In this document: one piece after another, positions 1 to 12,400 of the stretch
How positions within the stretch are numbered: the stretch's first letter is position 1
Layout: each line of letters starts with the position of its first letter
From: Sphyrna mokarran
Lineage: Eukaryota
Direction of reading: 5' to 3'
DNA length: 64,000 nucleotides
Assembly: GCA_024679065.1 (NCBI GenBank)
Contig: JAGIQG010000014.1
Location: 28,086,001-28,150,000, forward strand
Made by a program: the position numbers and the translations under genes
The notes under the pieces: generated by a model
Told to the model about the DNA's origin: nothing
Database searches by the model: none
What the model saw: only the letters and a program-made list of their open reading frames with translations

Positions 1-379
1 CCACAACTTTCCACTGCACAGTCATCTCCCCTAACAATATCCAAGAAGGTATATCTATTAGAAAGGGTGTTGGCCACAGGGAACTCCTGAACTACCTGTC
101 TTCGTCTATTCTGCCTAGGGGGTCACCCATGCCCTTTCTGCCTATTCAATCTTTATCTGTAGCATGATCTCCTCACCTAATGTGCTAATCATTACTTCCT
201 CAGTATCACGGATGCTCTACAGTGAATTCACCCTCAGCTCCAGCTTTGAAATGTGGTTAGCTAGCGGCTTTAGTTGGACATACTTTCTGTATATGTGATC
301 ACCAGGGACAACTGAAACTTCCAAGATTTTCCAAGAAAGCACAGGAGGAGCATATCATGGGTGTGAGTTCTCCTGCCAT
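1..379 (-). mobile_element. CR1 LINE ORF1 N-terminal remnant (zinc-finger/leucine-zipper region), decayed
   Basis: The minus strand from 379 reads MAGELTPMICSSCA..., followed by frameshifted RKCVQL / RISKLELRVNSL-like segments typical of the CR1 ORF1p start. Confidence 0.65.
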
Positions 380-539
380 GACAACCTTCAAACTCTTTAA
401 TTACTTCCTTTCTAACAAAACATTATGCTTACATAAAAATATTATCAACTTGCATTTCTCATGGCAGTACCTTGATCAATCAGAATAAATTTGCTTGGAT
501 TAAATTTGAAGAAAGGATTGGCTGTTAACATCTCTGTTC

Positions 540-730
540 TGCAATCTCCATGGTCATGTCTTTACCAATTAGAGTCCACTTGCCAACAGTCAGCAATCTC
601 TTCTAATCAGCATAAATGGCTGTTCCCTTTACTATTGGTATTTCTGTGAATTTGTCCTGATGAGTGCAAAACAAAAAGCTTCAATAGCATGTCTCTTTTC
701 TTTTAACAGTAATCAAAATATGTACTATCA
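540..730 (+). mobile_element. Short Penelope-derived pLTR-like fragment with decayed minimal hammerhead ribozyme
   Basis: TGTC-CTGATGA-GTGCAAAAC-AAAA-AGCTTC at 653-682 has the layout of a type I minimal hammerhead core, with GAAA read as AAAA. Confidence 0.5.
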
Positions 731-1552
731 AACTTGATCATTTTATGATTGCTATTTGATAAATATTAATGCAAAGTGAAGATGTTAATTATATTTAGTT
801 CTTTAAGTATATTTAGCTCTTTCCTAATCTAATATGACCTGTTGAGTTTAGTTGCAGGAAATTGTTGCGGATGACACAATTCACTACTCATTGACTGAGT
901 AAAAGATGAATCTGGAATCAGTCTTTTACTTAACATAAGATTAGTCAGAAAGCTTGGAGGGCACAGGACTCCTTTTTCCTTCTCCCACAGAGGTGGAAAC
1001 TGATTTTTATGTACTCCTATCATGCCCTACTCCTTCCACAATTACTAACAGCTGCTCTCACTTACAAACTGGAACATGCAACAGCATTCCAACATTGACG
1101 CTGAAGAAAATAATTCTGTTTTTCACATATTATGTGCTAATCTGCATATTCCAATCCATATGGAAGATAAAATCATCCACTAAAACCATTATTTTGTTGC
1201 TACATGCTTGTTTAATCTTAGCATTTGTGCAAGGTACCACTTCACAGCTAAAACCAGGTCCTTATATATGACATCTGCTACAGTCATAACTAATTTTATG
1301 CTTTGTAATTCAACCCAAATTCTCTGCTGCTTACTTCCTACTTGTTAGATTCTCTCTTGAATTGATGTCACCATTAACTATTAAGGCAATTAGTCTGTCT
1401 CTGCTGTATCCTCTATCTTTCCTGTTGATCTTGTTTATATTTGGTATATTTTAGATATAGATGAATAGTATTGGTAGAACTGCAGACCACCGTAGATGTA
1501 AGTTGCTGCTGAATCGGTTGCCAGTAATATCTTTTTTTTTAATCTATCACAG

Positions 1553-1594
1553 CTCCTTCCACAATCACGATTCCCCCAATCACTACTGAACATG
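1553..1594 (+). CDS. TIM paralog A mucin-stalk exon (42 nt)
   Basis: atctatcacag|CTCCTTCC...GAACATG|gtaagc; T/P-rich; paralogous to 32645-32701. Confidence 0.8.
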
Positions 1595-4500
1595 GTAAGC
1601 ATAGCAAATGACATCAAAAAAATTTTTGACTGTATTTATAGAAACTCTGAGAAAGAAAACAAATATAGATATTTAATATTAAATTTTAAGTGAATTTTGC
1701 TTTGATACTTGAAATATTTTATAGATTTTAAAGGTCACATATTGTTATGACCGGATGAGAGGATTTGCAGTGTATCTTGCTCCAATACTCCTCAAGTCGT
1801 ACCATTAGTTTAAATGTTAAATGTTTAAATATTAATTCACTCACCAAAATGGTCAATTATTTCCTTTACTATGATTAGACCCAGAATAAAAGAGACTTTA
1901 ACCAGGTTTCTTTCAATAAACTAGAATCATAGAATAAAATCATAGAATCCCTGCAGTGCAAAAGGAGGCCATTTGACCCATCTTCTTTTAAATCTTACCA
2001 GGTCTACCTCTGTATCCCCATGTATTTACTCCCTGATCTACAGTTTGGGACACTAAGGGGCTATTTAGTATGACCAATCCATCTAATCTACATATTCTTG
2101 GATAGTGGAATGAAACCCAAGCACCCAAAGGAAATCGAGAATGTGAAAACTCCACCCAGACAGTCACCCAAATCCAGAATCAAACCCAGATTTCAGGCAC
2201 TGTGAAGCAGCAGTGCTACCCTCTCTGCCACCATGCTGCACTAAACTCAAATGAATGATTTATTACAAAACAAAACTTTTTAGAAACAAATTGCAATAAC
2301 TGCTTAAAACATAGTTTATTATCTGAAAGTGTAACTATCTATCCCTTTTAGTTAAAACAAACAAAGGATAAACAGATAGAGGGTCTCTACAGAAATGGCA
2401 GTTGACTTTATGTAAAAATATGGACAAAGTTTAGAGGGTTTTGATGCTGTTGATCTGAGTTACCTCATGTGAAGACAAATCACTATCCCCATTAGAGGCC
2501 TGGAGGTTTTTAACCAATAGTGCAATGCATGGAGAAAAATACAGCCAGATCAATCCTTCTTGTCTCAGCTTCTTGGCATCCAAAGACAGATAAGTTCCAC
2601 TCAGATGAAGATTCCTGGCTGGATACTGACAATTGTATCGCTGCAAGAAAGACAAAGCGCATGTAAGCAAATCAGCATTTCCGATTTCCAGTTCAGTTCC
2701 AAGTGAATATTTTTTGAAGTTCAAAATTGAAAACTCATCTTTGTTATGTGATTGCCAGTAAATCAATGGCCTTTGCCTTTAAACCCAGTTTTTTCTCCAT
2801 CCATGAAAATAATTGCAGACTAAACAAGCAAATAGTCCTCACCCTCAAGAGCTATACTAGTCAAGTGATTCCTTGGAAAAGGCAGGCTTCCTTTTAGTCC
2901 AAATGGTCCCTGTTTTAAAAAAAATCAAAGTGTCTAAATAATTTACTAGTTTTCAAAAGAAAATACATCCAAGAAGTATGATTCTAACAATTTGTTAATT
3001 AACGGCACAGATTTTAAGATGAGATTCAAATATTATACATTCGCTAAAGTATCAAAGGGCAGAGGGATGAAAGTTTGAATGATTTCATTCAGTTGGTAAT
3101 TGACAATGCTTGTTCTTGTGAAGCAGAGCCGTAGAAAGTTGTCTCACCGGACTTGCCAATGAGCTAACACAGTGATAATGTCACTTGTGGTGATGTGTTT
3201 CCATCTTTCCATCTGCAGTGAAAAAGAAGCACACATTTTCTAGTTAGTCTCAGTTAAAGGATGAATTCACTCTGGCTCTGTGGATTGGGTAAGAATAATT
3301 GCATCATTTGAAACATTCCATCAAATCCAGACATTATCCAACATCAAAGACAGGCTCTTTCAGCCTGTCTATCTTTTAATCAGGTCATGGCTAATTCTCT
3401 ATCTCATTCCCATTTTCTGGTCCCATTCCCAAATCCCATTTAGATAACAGCTTGATGAGTTTCCTGCTTTTTCAGGTTCAGAGATCCTTCAGTGCTATGT
3501 GGGTGAGAGGATGTCAAGTCCTTGAGCTTCTGGATAAAGCTCTTTTAAACATGAACATATTTTTGTTGCTTTTCAGGTAACAAGACTCCAACTTACACTA
3601 ACTCACCAACTAAGGAAAATTCAACTCCACATTCAACTGTGAGCAATTCCTTTCTCTCAATATACTTACACTTTGTATTTATCTGTTGCTGGTAGGTCTC
3701 CTGTTCTGTACTGATGGGCTGTCAGAGAACAGTATTGGGTAGGTCTGACAGATAATCTCTGGGAAATGTCCCCAGATTTGTTATCCCTTATTCCCTCTAT
3801 GGGTGCCATTTTGGCACATGTCACAATTTGTTAAATTCTGGATGGGAAACACCCAAATTGTAATGTCCTGGGCGAGTGGGCTGAATTGGCTCCCCTTCTT
3901 TATTCAGCCCCCTCTGTTATTGCAACAAAAATTACCTCAAAGAGATCCCTTTCTATCGGGATAAAAAGGAACTAATTTGATCAAGCTTTCTGGAAGTAAA
4001 GAAATGGTGAGTTTATTTGCTACAAATAGCGAGAAAAAATAAAGAACACATGCATACATGTTCACACAGATTAAAAGTAAAAAACAGGTCCAAAAATAGG
4101 TTTAAAAATAAAATTAATCAGTCTTTGTCTTATCTATGAGGAGCAGATGGAGAAACTTTATGGCCATTTGAGATTCACGATTCCAGAGTGATGACTTCAG
4201 TATTTGAATAATTGGTTTAGCGATTCCAAGGTTCTGCAATTTCACTGATGGGAGTTGTCCAGCTTCCTTTTTGACTGTAGTTTCACTGATTTGGATTGCT
4301 TTCGGCAGTCAGAGAGAGAGCAAGACTTTTATTTTACTTGCCAGAGCAATGGTGACTGCTGCTGTCTTTCTCTGCTTCTGTGTCACGCACTCTGATACAG
4401 CCGCCATTGGTCCATGTTGTCCAAATTTACAGCTAATGTTTTAATCCAAGTCTCCTGTATGTCCTTGAAAGGTGAAAATCCACAAACCAAGATATAACTT

Positions 4501-6465
4501 ACAGGCTGTGATCCCTGCTGAGATGATAATCAGCTTCCATTATGTCCAGGAGATATCAGTTCACTTCTACTTGGCTCCTTCCTTTGAAATGTCATGAGAA
4601 AGGACGTGACATTTCATTGGCATTCTCTTAGTATCACCTACATAGGAACCTCTCAGACAATCAATTAATTTTACATTCTCAGAATTTCCTTTCTCAGTGC
4701 AGAATGAGGCCATTTGGCCTGCAATGGTTGTGTGGGCTCTTTAAAAAAGATACAATTAGTTCCAAATGCTTGTTTTTTCCCCAAAACTCTGCAATGTCTT
4801 TCCCTTTCAAGTATTCATCTAATTCGCTTTTGAAAGCTTCTATTGATATACATACCAGGCAGTGCATTCCAAATCCTGACCACTCATGGTGTAAATTTTT
4901 TTGTCTCTGCTGCTTATGACAATCTGTGCTGCATGATACTTGACAATTTTAACTGTTAACACAAAAGCGCAGCACCATGAAACAATCATTTTAGACTGGA
5001 GTTTATTCTCTGCATTTTTTAATCATGTGGGTTGCCAATGAATTATTTATTCATAGAATCTCTACATTAAAGGAGGCTTTTTGGCCCATTGAGCCTGCAG
5101 CGATGACAATCCCATCCAAGCCCTTTCTCACCTGCAATTATTCTGTGATCTTGCAATGACATTGCCAATGATAATTCCACCCTTAAATATTGGAAGGTGA
5201 TTATTTCCCAAATTTAGATTGCAAGCATTGGAAATAACACAGTTATTCAATGACTGTAGCTAAATCTCTGTTTGAAGAGAAAATAAGATCAGATGTCCTG
5301 CCCATTTCATTCAAGGCTGTCTCCAGTCTTGGTAGCTGAACTGATCTGAAACATTTTGATGCATTATTTGTCTTGGACATTGCAAAACATTTGACAGGAT
5401 GTGGTACCATGTCCTTTTCAAAATGTTATCGTCATCTGATTTTCTCCTGAAAACCACATGTATGGCTATTTCCACTCCTATTTGGATTGTGTTTGGTAGG
5501 TGATGGCTCACCCCTGATGTTTATTATTTTATCTCATGGCTGCCTTTGTACCATTTTTCAGATGCAAAGATGGTTGAAGGCAGAAATGGTTGTAGTAGAG
5601 GAAAGGACACCATCTTTACCATCACGGGATGGTCAATAATAAGCTAATTTGACTTTGGGGAGGATTTGGCAAAATACTTTGTCAGATGTTTGAGCTAGAC
5701 TTGGTGACCAGGGCAGGAGCAAAATATCACTGGATATCTGAAATTAGGGCAGAAAATGCTGCAAATACCTGTGATGTGCGGCCTCAGGTCGATGACTCTC
5801 CTCGGAACTGAGGGAATATAGAGATATGATAGAGTTTGAGAAAGTGAAATGGGAAGGAAGAATGTAAAGGACTATTGTATCCATTAGACATGAAAGAAAT
5901 ATATACTTCACGTTTTACTCGTTCTTGTTATTGTTAAAATGGTCTTTGCTAGACTAGAATATGACTGCTACAGGCCACCAACTATAAGATTGATCACAGC
6001 TTCTGGAAGCTTTCAGCAGCAGTTGCAAAAACAAAGTATTTCCTCTCTCAGCCTGTGGAATTTCACACCTCCTTATCGACCTTTTGTAATCAACAAAAGC
6101 AAAGGAAATGTAGATGAACTGACTCTCCAACCTGAAGTGTCAGAGAGAGAATGATTGAAACTTGTTACACCTGAAGAGATGAAACTAACCATCTTGTCCC
6201 TCCCTGAAGGTGAACAATGGATTCTGTCCCGAAATCCAGAAACTGCTTTCTAAGATGCTATGAGCTCATTAATGTGCCATGTCACATGACTGATGTCTCA
6301 TGGCTTTTTCGAGATTATTAAAATTAAATATTCGGTCTCACAAGAGGTGAAATCTTACCAAAAAATGGCCACATTTGATCTGGTGAGAAAAATGGCTTGT
6401 TTAAATGGTGCTCGATTCAGACCGAACAATGACCTTCCCCATGCCGCTACGGAGGTCTCAGAGGC

Positions 6466-6496
<31 letters not shown>

Positions 6497-9400
6497 ACCC
6501 CCAACCTCCAACTCCCCTCTTGATAGCTGCCCTCCCTCCAGATTGGAGCCAGCACCCCCACCCTCTGATTAGAGCTGGCATTTCCTCCCATCCTCCTCAG
6601 TTGGAGCCAGCATTTCCCCTCCAGCCCCTCCAGCAGTCAGTACTGGCATCCCTCCCACCCCTGAACATCAGACCCCTTTTCTCCAACCTCCCACCCACAC
6701 AGTCAGTGCCGGTATCCATGCCCCCTTCTCAAAACCAGCACATCCCCAGCCCCCTCAGCTGGTCCTTCTCACCACCACAAATAAATGAATCCCACTTCCC
6801 TATTGAGGCACCCTTTGGGATCCGCTCCTGACAATGCACTTCAGCACAGGTTGGGACTGCTAGGTTGCCATTCCCAGATTGACATGGTGCCGAGCTGACA
6901 GTGCCAACCTGTGCCAAGGAAGAGTGCCGGGGGCATTGTCAAGGAATTCTTAGCTATGTTCTTCTCCCCCAGAGATTATATACTTACCTTTATGCCCACT
7001 GGGGGATCGCCACAATTGGTTCATGTCTTGGTGTATCTGTTGTAAACCATGGTGATGTTATTTAAATATGTTCAATCAGGTTCACATCCATTATAGATTT
7101 GAACTTGTTAACATCACTGGCAAGGTATGGCGAAAATTGGAAATCCTGATCTTGCTGGTGAGACCTGCGTCTTCTGTGGTTTCGTCGAATCTTGAACCCT
7201 GCTGCCATTTCATCAGACAGCAAGCATGGGCTTAATATCATCCCCAAGAAGTCTGTTGCTTAACATCCAACCTGTGAACACTAAGGAGCAGGAGTCCAGG
7301 CTGACCAACAGCTTGCTCCTTGAAATCTGTCCCTCTGAAAGATTTCTTACAATTGTCTGCAGAACTGACCCAGTCTCTGTGTACTAACTTGTTGGGATAT
7401 TAGCACCAACCATAAAGAACACTCCGTGCCTCCTGTCTTTATCTATTTAAATCCAGATTCCCATGTGAAAGAATGGGTTGCCGGATTCTGCCTCTGGTTC
7501 TGATAATCATGTTCATTTATGGGGTCTTTTACTGTTCCTGTCTATAGTTGTAAAACTTTTNNNNNNNNNNNNNNNNNNNNNNNNNNNNNNNNNNNNNNNN
7601 NNNNNNNNNNNNNNNNNNNNNNNNNNNNNNNNNNNNNNNNNNNNNNNNNNNNNNNNNNNNNNNNNNNNNNNNNNNNNNNNNNNNNNNNNNNNNNNNNNNN
7701 NNNNNNNTATGATATTGCAAATAATCATGCCCTGGGTTTGCATGTGTGAATAAGCTAACCTCCTGAGTTGGACATAATGTGAGTTTGCTGTGAGTTTCTT
7801 AAAATTAGGGATTTTGAAACATGCTGCAGCCCACTTGAAATAATTGCAAATATTTTCTGCTTATGGACAGACGTCCCTAATGGAAATCTCAGTGATGGTT
7901 GGAGGGAAGCAGGAAAGAAAGACTGAATAATAAGGCCCTCATGTGACAATTAACAAAATTTAACAACCCTATGGATTTGATAGTGCAAGAATCTCTGTTT
8001 TCCCAGTTATGGCAAGTGGGAAACAGAAGGCTTGTGCCTGGATGAAAAAGCTGCGTCAAATATTCAACATGTCAAATGTTTAGAGAACCAGAGAATCCCC
8101 TTTTCTAGGGAGGGTAGGAGCCTGTGGACAGCAAGAAAGAAAGGGTTTGGAATTCAGTGGCAGGTTGAAATCATCAAAGTTGAAAGAATAATTCAGTAAC
8201 AGGAAGTGTCAATGGGGAAATTGAAGAATAACATCATGACTGAACTGAGAAGTAAACGGCTTAGGGTTGGATTTTCTTTCATTACATTAACCAATGTGCT
8301 GGAAAGATATGACAACATTGGGTGATGAAGCTGCTGCTACATTGCTTTCTCACTTCTATTTTCCTCCTCCCTATTCCATCTAGAGAGATGATGGCCTACT
8401 GGTATTATCGCTGGACTATTAAGCCAGAAATTCAGCTCATGTTCTGGGGATCTAGGTTTGAATCCTGTCATGGCAGATGGTGGAATTTGAATTCAATTGA
8501 AAAGAAATGTCTGAAAGTTAATAATTTACTGATGACCATAAACTCATTGTCAAATGTCGGAAAACCCGCCTGCTTCACTAATGTTCTTTAGGGAAGGAAA
8601 TCTGCTGTCCTTATCTGGTCTGGCCAATATGTGAGCCAGACCCACATGTATTTGTGATTGACTCTCAGCTGCCCTTCTGGGTAACTAGGGATGGACAATA
8701 AATGCTGCCCAGCCAGCGATGCTAATGTCCCACAAATAAATAAAAAAAATTGTTGTCCTGACCTGTGACTTGCAGCTAAATAAATGAAGGCAGGTGGCAG
8801 GGCCTTATCAACATTCTCATTTCCTTTTCTTTGCTGATCCTAATTACATGGAAAGAATGAAGCTGGTTAATGGAGCTGTTGTGGAAAGCCCCAATTTACC
8901 TTTTGGATAAAGGGATTGCATTGGTGAACACCTTTCCTTCTTCTCATGTCTCACCTTTTAAAATTTTGACCCAGTTTAAGGAGTTCAATTTTCTCCTTAA
9001 GATCATCTCCATTCTTCACACTGCCTATATGAATGGCAAGTTTACTGTTGCTACTTGTGATGCCCCTGAGGAGCCCCCATTTTATATTTAATTCCTGACC
9101 CAGGAAACGGAGATAGACTTAAGTTAACATTTTGGCAGTGGATTTATTGATAATCTAGGCTAAAGGGCTTGGTAAAACATAAAATTATGATCAGAGAGAC
9201 CTTAGAAGCCAAGAAGTGAAACAGGAATGTCAGAATTTGATGAATTTCAGATAATCATACCATGAGCATACTTGTTATTGACTCCATTATATCCCATTTG
9301 TATGGATAATATGAAACTTTGGATGTTTGGTGATAAATTGACCTCAAGTAAATTCAATGGTCAATTAAAATTTGTGAGCAGATATACTTGATAATGGATT

Positions 9401-12400
9401 TGATATTGCAAAGAAAGTTCCTGTTCTTTGCTTCTATTTCCCCTATTTTAGATACCAGAAAAGCTCACTCATAGCCTGATGACTCCAATTCTGTTGGCTT
9501 TCCGTGTTTCAGTTTTAATCTGCTTCATTGCAATCACCATACTCCTGTGCCGATGGAAATGTGAGTGCCACCATTTAATAATCTGCTTTAATTTTCAAAA
9601 CAACTTTTTTTATGTACAATGGTTTGACTCTGAAATCAAGATGCTTTACTGCATCAGGTAACTGCAGGTAAGGTGTGATATGTCAACTCTTACTGGCACA
9701 GCCTGCTTTGGAAACAAGAAGAGAAAATGTTGGAAAAACTCAGCAGGTCTGACAGCATCTGTGGGAAGAGAATAGGATCAACGTTTTGAGTCTGGATGAC
9801 CTTTCATCAGAACTAAAGACAAAGAAATTAGGACATGATTTATACTATGGCAATGGCGGATCCATAATTACTTATTTATTCTTTTCATCTTATCCATCTA
9901 TTTTCATTACTTCATATTGTTTTTTGACTTTACAACTTTTGAATCTTGTCTTTGTACCACCACCCCTCCTCCCCAGCTAACTGCTATGTACCTCAGTTTG
10001 TCCCCTGGCAACCTCTACATTTATTCTGCCATTTACACACTTTGATCTCTTGATAGACAGTCAGCCTTTATCACCACCATTTACATTCTCTTTGTTCAAT
10101 TACATTCCAATTTCCAATTAGTAATGGTGCCATTAGGGACCGAAGAATTTACCTCTAATCCACCCACACCATACCCACAACCTCAATGCCCAGACCAATC
10201 ACCCCTCCCATTCGTACTAATGCATAGTAACAAAGGGACCTCCCTCATCCCACCGAGCACCCCCCTGTAAATCCTGCCCCCTTTGCTATGGTGCAGAAGG
10301 AAGCTGTTTGAGCATTGCGCCTGTACCATTTGCCAAATGAACATCATGGCTCAATGCTGTTCCTGTCTTTTCCCCGTCCCCCTTCATACTTCTTCTGTTT
10401 GAGTCATCATCTAACATCGTCTTGAATGCTTCAATTGAACTTGCACCAGCGCACTTCTAGGCAGTGCATTCCAGACTCAATCCACCCGTGTGGAAATTAT
10501 ACATTATACAGACTCTTAAACAGAGATCTATCATTTGGGTAAGTAGTTTCCTCAATCTACTGCATTTTTACTCTTCTTATAGAGAATGTCATCTTGGAAA
10601 TAAAATAGGATTATTTGAAATAAAAACAGATAATGCTGGAGAAACTCAGCAGGTCTGGCAGCACTTGTGTAGAGAGAAACAGAGTTGATGTTTTGACTCC
10701 ATGGCCATTGTGCTGCTGGAGCAGCACATCGGGCTGGCAGGTATCAGCGGAGGCCATTTCGCGGACTTCCCGCTGGGAGCCACGGAAAATCTGGTAAGTC
10801 TCCCAGATTTTCCAACACGATCAGCTCCTTGCTGGAAATCAGTGCGGAGCTGATTACAATATGGAAATCAGCATTTCCATTCCATCAGCGGGCCAGGGAC
10901 TGAAGTCTCCAGCCCTCCTAGCATTTTCACCTCCACCCCGCCACAGTTCTTTACTCCTGCTGCCCACTAACGGGGAACAGATGCTCCAGTCTCATTTGAG
11001 GGAAGAGAAACCATTGAGGCCCCCCAGGAGATTAGAGGTTAGGGGTATGAACAAAGAACAAAACAGCACAGGAAACAGGCCCTTCGGCCCAACGAGCTCG
11101 TGCCACCACCTCGACGTTCCCATTTCCACCCTTGATCCCTATCTATGTTTATAGAAATCTGAATTGGTATAGAAATCTGCATTGGAACCAAATTTGCAAG
11201 ACAATTTAGGGAGAATTTGTTTTGCCAATCAGCCTAAGAGCACATTTTTGGAATGTGGGAGGAAACCGGAGCACCTGGAGAAAACCCATGCAAGCACGGG
11301 GAGAATGCGCAAACTCCCACAGACACAGGCCCAAATCCATGTATCTGCACAGTGCAGCGATAGTCACTGAGCTGTCGTATGCCTTTTGAGTGGTGTCAGA
11401 TGGTATCCTGAGACTGTCCAAGGGGCAAACAGGCACTGCCCAAGGGCTAACAAGCAATGTCCAAGGGGCAACTTGGCACTGCCGCCAGGCATTGGGCAGT
11501 GTCAAGGGGATGGGTCAGAGGGGGCAGAGTCTGTTGGGAGGATGATCGGGATGGGGGAGGTCCCTCTGCTACTATGCATTAGTACGAGTGGGAGGAGATG
11601 ATCGGGCTGAGCATTCGGGTTGGGGATATGGGGTGGATGGGTTAGAGGTAAATTCTTCGGTCTCTAATGCCAGCATTAACAATCCCTTTGTCTCATGTCC
11701 ATGACATTTTTGCCAGCTAGCAGAACTATACAACTGCATAACACCCAGCATTCAAAATGAATCTAAAACACATCCAAACTTAATTCAGAAAGTTAAATTG
11801 TCTAAGACAAGTACGAAAAGATCAACACTCCAACAATATAGAAGACAAAACTGAATAACAGAAAACAAAAGTGGGGAATCAGGGTAATATATTAGTGTGG
11901 ATAGGGGATTGGTTATTTGTTGATAAGACACTTTTATTTGTTAAACTGTTAAATCTCATGTACAACAAACTTTGAACTTGATTAAAACCAAATTGAAGCA
12001 AGTTTTCACTTACAAATATCTCTGAATCTGGCTGGACCATGCTTTGATATTTAATTCCCATATTTTACAAGTTAAGATTACTGTTTTACTCATGTTAATT
12101 GATGTACCATAGTTCAGTAGTTCAGATTCTGTCCAGCTCATTTTTAACTAAGGTGATCTAAGTCTTTGGTTGTAATTCATTTCAGTTTGAGGCTGTTAAT
12201 GACTGGAATGTGGTACAATTAAAGCTGAAGCTGTATAACTTTATTACCATGGATAATTTCATTGAAAAGTTAAAGCTCTATCACCTGGCAGTTTTATTTG
12301 TTAAAGTGTTAACTCTCCATGGCTAATTTTGTATTTTATTGTTTTTAGTGTTTTAATAAATTGCATTGTGCAATTTATGCCGATGTGGCATTAGCGTCTT

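Noticed and set aside
954-1271. T/P-containing ORF as a mucin exon
   Set aside because: No matching splice sites or counterpart in paralog B; the supported mucin exons are at 1553 and 3577.
6293-6917. Proline/glycine-rich ORFs
   Set aside because: Products of poly-C and C-rich MITE interior; the same applies to 22547-23137, 53989-55043 and 58142-58804.
7478-7753. ORFs spanning the N run
   Set aside because: Artefacts of the assembly gap.
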